Assembly (NCBI GenBank): GCA_964644695.1
Contig: CAZXWN010000005.1
Location: 119,544-139,543 of the forward strand
Length of the DNA: 20,000 bases
DNA from: an uncultured bacterium
GTDB lineage: Bacteria; UBP4; UBA4092
Direction of reading: 5' to 3'
Position 1 is the stretch's first letter, and every line of letters starts with the position of its first letter. The position numbers and the translations under genes were made by a program. Below are positions 15,970 through 20,000 of this stretch, piece after piece. A model generated the notes under the pieces. The model worked only from the letters and a program-made list of their open reading frames with translations, was not told where the DNA came from and ran no database searches.

Positions 15970-15988
15970 GTCTTTCAGGACACAAAAC

Positions 15989-16023
15989 AAAAGCGGGACA
16001 AGCTTGTCTGTCCCGCTTTTTTT
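15989..16023. terminator. Bidirectional terminator
   Basis: AAAAGCGGGACA-N8-TGTCCCGCTTTTTTT between convergent genes. Confidence 0.88.
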
Positions 16024-16038
16024 ATTCACCTAAACGGC

Positions 16039-16602
16039 TTATATTTTGCCAACTAAATCAAGTCCGGGTTTAAGGGTCTTTTGACCCGGTTTCCAACTAG
16101 CCGGACAGACGAGACCTTTATGTTCCCTGACAAATTGAGCCGCCTGTAACTTCCGAAGAATTTCACCCGCACTTCGTCCAATGGAATTGTCATGGATATC
16201 CATAGCCTTGAGGACACCATCCGGATCAATGATAAAAGTACCTCGGAGTGACAAACCCTCTTCTTCAATATAAGTTCCAAACTGCCGACAGACTTTCCCG
16301 GAAGGATCAGCCAACATGGGATATTTAATCTTCTTGATAGCTTCAGAAGTGTCATGCCATGCCTTATGAACAAACACAGTATCCGTACTGACACTTAAAA
16401 TTTCTGCACCTATTTCCTGAAAATCAGAATAACAGTCCGCCGCTTCTTCCAGTTCGGTGGGACACACAAAAGTAAAATCAGCAGGATAAAAGAGTGCGAC
16501 TACCCATTTCCCATGATAGTCTGTAAGACGAACTTTCTTTACTTCCTCATTGTGAAAAGCATCAACTTCAAAATCTTCAACGACTTTTCCGATTTGTAAC
16601 AT
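16039..16602 (-). CDS. ahpC: Alkyl hydroperoxide reductase C (typical 2-Cys peroxiredoxin)
   Basis: FYPADFTFVCPTEL, STDTVFVHKAWH, RGTFIIDPDG, VCPASW and DLVGKI. Start at 16602 after GGGAGG gives 187 aa. Confidence 0.95.
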   Translation of the reverse strand: MLQIGKVVEDFEVDAFHNEEVKKVRLTDYHGKWVVALFYPADFTFVCPTELEEAADCYSDFQEIGAEILSVSTDTVFVHKAWHDTSEAIKKIKYPMLADPSGKVCRQFGTYIEEEGLSLRGTFIIDPDGVLKAMDIHDNSIGRSAGEILRKLQAAQFVREHKGLVCPASWKPGQKTLKPGLDLVGKI

Positions 16603-16685
16603 TGAATAACCTCCCTTTATTTTGCTTAGCAATCTTAACTAATAACAGTAAGCAACAAAAAGGAGTTCCAATAATGAGAAATAAA

Positions 16686-17063
16686 CTACTTTTTCCGCGA
16701 TGACACAGATTTTGTAGATTTTGAAACAGTCCGTTTAAGCTGTTCCGTCGGGTGAGGATCACCGGTTTCATCTAAATGAAACACCAGTCTCAGTTTTCCA
16801 AATTCTAAAGTATCCCCATCAGTTAAAGGTGTTTCCGTAACTCTCTCCCCATTCAAATGGGTCCCATTTCGGCTGCCCAAATCTTTGTAAAGATAGATAG
16901 ACCCCACTTTTATAAAACACCCATGTCGTCTGGATACACGAGGATCCGTAAGTACAATTTGACAACAGGCGGCATCACGGCCAATCAAAGTTTCCCTGTG
17001 CCGCAACAAAAACCGAACCTGTTCAGTCTCAGATTTATCCCAAATCAAATAACCTTTTTTCAC
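16686..17063 (-). CDS. Stand-alone FHA domain protein
   Basis: IGRD, VSRRH, DLGSRNGT and LTDGDTLEFG motifs; GTG start 3 nt after the mscS stop with an AAGGA RBS. Confidence 0.88.
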   Translation of the reverse strand: MKKGYLIWDKSETEQVRFLLRHRETLIGRDAACCQIVLTDPRVSRRHGCFIKVGSIYLYKDLGSRNGTHLNGERVTETPLTDGDTLEFGKLRLVFHLDETGDPHPTEQLKRTVSKSTKSVSSRKK

Positions 17064-17066
17064 AAA

Positions 17067-18242
17067 TCAATCCTTGTCAGTTTTTGGAGGTTGTTCAATC
17101 CATCCCGGGGTGCTAACAATTTTAATTTCCCTTTGAGGATAATTTATAGAAATACCCTCTTCATTAAAACGCCGATGTAATGCTTTGATAAATTCATGCC
17201 GAATTAAGTTTTGCGCTGTAAAATCTTTAACCTGAAAAACAACGCGAAAGTTAATATTTGAGTCGGCAAAAGTATGATAACGAACCAAAGGCACAAAAGA
17301 AGGATCAGCACCTTCCACTTCATAGGCAACCTGCTGCGCAACTTGTATCGTTATTTCTTCAACTCGATATAAATCCGATTGATATCCAACACCCACTTCC
17401 ACCACAAAAGACTTGCTCTGCTCTGAGAGATAAAAGTTCGTCACAATACTCTGAGCCAGTTTTGAATTGGGGATGACCACCAGCTGATTTCCAAGGGTCC
17501 TTATTTTGGTTGACCTCCAGCCGATGGAGTCAATAAAACCTTCCTGTCCTGTTTCCAGCCGGACGAAATCACCCACTCGAACAGGTTTATCCCACATGAG
17601 ATAAAACCCGGAAAAGAAATTCGACAAAGAGTCCTGAAGCGCCAGAGCTACGGCCAGGCCCCCGATACCCAGGGTCGTTATCAGGGATGTGATTTTAATA
17701 TTCAGATAATCCAACACCATGATGAAGGCAATTAGCCAAATCAATGCATTGATGACCCTGCGGATGGACGGAAGAAATTGAGTATCGGTGGTCCCCTGCT
17801 CTTTTTGACTCAGAACAAGAGCATACCATTCAAAGAACGCTCTTGAGATTCGAGTAAAAATAAACCCCGCAGCAGCCGCCAGAAAAATGTAAGCGACATG
17901 ATTCACCACATCCAAATAATTCTTAAGGATAATCAACCGATGTACAGTAAACCAGACACCGACGATAAAAAGAATCAAAGCAAGGGGGGTCCTTAAGTTA
18001 TGCACAACTATTTCATGTAGTTCTGGGGACTGGCGTTTGATGATTTTCAACAGGAGCTTCACACCAAAACGGTGAAATAACCAACATAATACCCAGGTAG
18101 AAATAATAATGGATAATGAAATCAATGCCTCACTGGCCCACATGGGAAGAGCGCCCCGTGTCGCGTTATGTAAAGCAGTATCTAAAGCCAGCGTAGATTG
18201 CTGTGTCGTTAGCGCTTGGACAGTTTCTATAATTGGATACAT
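17067..18242 (-). CDS. Small-conductance mechanosensitive channel (MscS family)
   Basis: LGIGGLAVALALQDSLSNFFSG, DKPVRVGD, IGWRSTKIRT, IPNSKL and FNEEGISINYPQRE motifs; extra N-terminal TMs. Confidence 0.95.
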   Translation of the reverse strand: MYPIIETVQALTTQQSTLALDTALHNATRGALPMWASEALISLSIIISTWVLCWLFHRFGVKLLLKIIKRQSPELHEIVVHNLRTPLALILFIVGVWFTVHRLIILKNYLDVVNHVAYIFLAAAAGFIFTRISRAFFEWYALVLSQKEQGTTDTQFLPSIRRVINALIWLIAFIMVLDYLNIKITSLITTLGIGGLAVALALQDSLSNFFSGFYLMWDKPVRVGDFVRLETGQEGFIDSIGWRSTKIRTLGNQLVVIPNSKLAQSIVTNFYLSEQSKSFVVEVGVGYQSDLYRVEEITIQVAQQVAYEVEGADPSFVPLVRYHTFADSNINFRVVFQVKDFTAQNLIRHEFIKALHRRFNEEGISINYPQREIKIVSTPGWIEQPPKTDKD

Positions 18243-18252
18243 TATTTTTCTG

Positions 18253-18281
18253 TTATACCTTAATCCCAGTTTTATTATAAT
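18253..18281 (+). promoter_or_regulatory. Putative sigma-70-type promoter for cstA
   Basis: TTATAC-N17-TATAAT in AT-rich DNA. Confidence 0.4.
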
Positions 18282-18382
18282 AATAACGATATTCCGGCCA
18301 GGATGACAAACAGGTTCTGAAATAAATCAGCAACCAGCTTCGCCACCTGACTCGTCACTCTAAAAACACAGAAGGAAATATT

Positions 18383-19837
18383 ATGTCTATTTATCTGGGC
18401 GGAATCCTGTTATTGATTATTGCTTACTTTACCTGGGGAAGTTTTCTGGAACGATTATTGGGTGTAGACCCCAATCGCCAGACTCCCGCCTACTCCAAAG
18501 GCGATGGTGTTGATTATGTCCCCTTATCCACATGGCGAGTCTATCTCATTCAACTCCTGAATATTGCCGGACTCGGTCCAATCTTCGGAGCACTGCAAGG
18601 CGCATTATGGGGGCCAGCTGCTTATTTATGGATTATCTTTGGATGTATTTTTGGCGGAGCAGTTCATGATTTTGTATCTGGGATGATGTCTCTCAAACAT
18701 GGTGGAGCCTCGTTATCAGAGTTACATGGAACCTATCTGGGAAAAACTGTCCAAAATATTATGAGGGTATTTATTGTTGGATTAATGATTCTTGTAGGCG
18801 TTGTATTTGTAAAAGGACCCGCTGATTTATTAAATTTAATGTGTACTCAACAGGGTTGGCTCATCAACAAATATTTCTGGATATTTATAATCTTTGCCTA
18901 TTATCTGGCAGCGACAGTGTTACCCATCGATAAACTGATTGGGCGCATCTATCCTCTTTTCGGACTTGCATTATTGATTATGGTGTTTGGTGTGGGTACC
19001 GGAATGATAATCAAAGGCTACCCCATTCCTGCTTTTACTTTTACTAATCTTCATCCCAAAGGGGTTCCTATCTGGTCCACCATGTTCATCACAATTGCCT
19101 GTGGTGCCTTGTCCGGATTTCATGCCACCCAATCCCCCATGATGGCTCGATGCTTAAAAACAGAGAGACATGCCAAGGTGGTCTTTTATGGAGCCATGAT
19201 ATCTGAGGGAATCATTGCCATGATTTGGGCCACAGTGGGAATGTCCTTTTTCCCCAATGGTATTGCAGGACTGAACTCTGCATTAGCCAACGGTGGACCT
19301 AATGCGATTGTTTACACCGCCTGTACCACACTGATGGGGACCTTCGGTGGTATCCTGGCCATTCTCGGTGTCATTGCCTGCCCTATTACTACGGGTGATA
19401 CTGCCTTCCGCGCCGGCCGGTTGATGCTGGCAGAAATATTAAACATGGACCAGAAACCCGTATTACGCCGGTTTTATCTGGCAATACCACTTTTCGCCGT
19501 TGCGGTATTTTTAACTTTCAGCGACTTTTCTACTTTGTGGAAATATTTTGCCTGGAGCAATCAGGTTCTGGGAACAGTCACTTTATGGGCCTGTTCAGTT
19601 TATCTTTATAAATACAAAGGGCAGTTCCATTGGATTACCACTCTCCCTGCATTATTTATGACCGGTGTAACCACCACCTTTATCTTGACTCAGCCCATCG
19701 GGTTTAACCTTTCCTATGACCAGGGCAAATGGATTAATCTCGTCTTTATTGCCGGTATATTGGTCATTTTCCTCATCTGGGGAACCCGATATGCTCGATT
19801 GATTCCGGCAGTTGAAAAAGATCAATCCGATAAGTAA
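18383..19837 (+). CDS. cstA: Carbon starvation protein A (CstA family transporter, short form)
   Basis: TPAY...DGVDYVP, NIAGLGPIFG, GAVHDF, FITIACGALSGFHATQSP, FYGAMISEG, GDTAFR and WKYFAWSNQ motifs. Confidence 0.94.
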   Translation: MSIYLGGILLLIIAYFTWGSFLERLLGVDPNRQTPAYSKGDGVDYVPLSTWRVYLIQLLNIAGLGPIFGALQGALWGPAAYLWIIFGCIFGGAVHDFVSGMMSLKHGGASLSELHGTYLGKTVQNIMRVFIVGLMILVGVVFVKGPADLLNLMCTQQGWLINKYFWIFIIFAYYLAATVLPIDKLIGRIYPLFGLALLIMVFGVGTGMIIKGYPIPAFTFTNLHPKGVPIWSTMFITIACGALSGFHATQSPMMARCLKTERHAKVVFYGAMISEGIIAMIWATVGMSFFPNGIAGLNSALANGGPNAIVYTACTTLMGTFGGILAILGVIACPITTGDTAFRAGRLMLAEILNMDQKPVLRRFYLAIPLFAVAVFLTFSDFSTLWKYFAWSNQVLGTVTLWACSVYLYKYKGQFHWITTLPALFMTGVTTTFILTQPIGFNLSYDQGKWINLVFIAGILVIFLIWGTRYARLIPAVEKDQSDK

Positions 19838-19850
19838 ATCACTGTAAAAG

Positions 19851-19895
19851 AAAAAAGAGGGCCTGGATACAAATCCAGACCCTCTTTCTTTTTAT
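19851..19895. terminator. Bidirectional terminator after cstA
   Basis: AAAGAGGG-C-CTGGAT-ACAA-ATCCAG-A-CCCTCTTT flanked by A and T runs. Confidence 0.85.
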
Positions 19896-19914
19896 TTTCG
19901 TATTTGGCTAAAAA

Positions 19915-20000
19915 CTACTTTACTTCAACATACTCTTTTTTAAGACCCTTAGGAGATACAGTAAAAATACAATATCCTGTTGTCTGACCCTTACCAATTC
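19915..20000 (-). CDS. 3' end of an unidentified gene (partial)
   Basis: Open frame ...IGKGQTTGYCIFTVSPKGLKKEYVEVK-TAG ending just before the bidirectional terminator; too short to assign. Confidence 0.55.
   Translation of the reverse strand, partial: IGKGQTTGYCIFTVSPKGLKKEYVEVK

Noticed and set aside
16603-16632. 10-aa N-terminal extension of AhpC
   Set aside because: It contains the GGGAGG RBS; the 16602 start gives the canonical 187 aa.
16670-16690. Fur/PerR-like half-site ATAATGAGAA upstream of ahpC
   Set aside because: No matching second arm, and AT-rich context.
2507-18306. Other short overlapping ORFs in the track (e.g. 2507-2749, 3677-3865, 7005-7289, 7407-7808, 14336-14644, 14844-15146, 15487-15816, 16053-16394, 16857-17180)
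   Set aside because: All lie within or antisense to well-supported genes, with no recognisable motifs.
1-20000. CRISPR array, IS/prophage, tRNA/rRNA or defence system
   Set aside because: No spaced direct repeats, transposase/integrase motifs or structural RNA signatures seen; the DUF151 nuclease sits in a housekeeping context.

Overview
AT-rich bacterial chromosomal segment carrying housekeeping, stress and envelope genes. I found no mobile element, CRISPR array, rRNA or tRNA. From left to right: (1) a partial secreted low-complexity protein missed by the ORF track, preceded by a consensus sigma-54 promoter and a TGT-N10-ACA enhancer; (2) a short-form hcp with an adjacent Crp/Fnr regulator and a perfect TTGAT-N4-ATCAA box; (3) a flippase-like gene and upp; (4) a minus-strand run of DUF151 nuclease, a small 4-Cys protein, a B2-less pheT without pheS, zapB and a long-tailed zapA; (5) an orphan coiled-coil protein, an HU/IHF protein and a GT87 glycosyltransferase; (6) a minus-strand operon of membrane protein, winged-helix regulator, ispH and a creD-like gene, with two copies of an ACTTTG-N5-CAAAGT palindrome; (7) a divergent pair of multi-zinc-ribbon proteins; (8) mscS, an FHA protein and ahpC; (9) cstA and the 3' end of another gene. 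The best candidates for undescribed systems are the sensor/wHTH/ispH/creD operon, the sigma-54 secreted-protein unit, the zinc-ribbon pair and the DUF151-coupled Cys mini-protein. All family calls come from motif recognition by eye; no searches were run.
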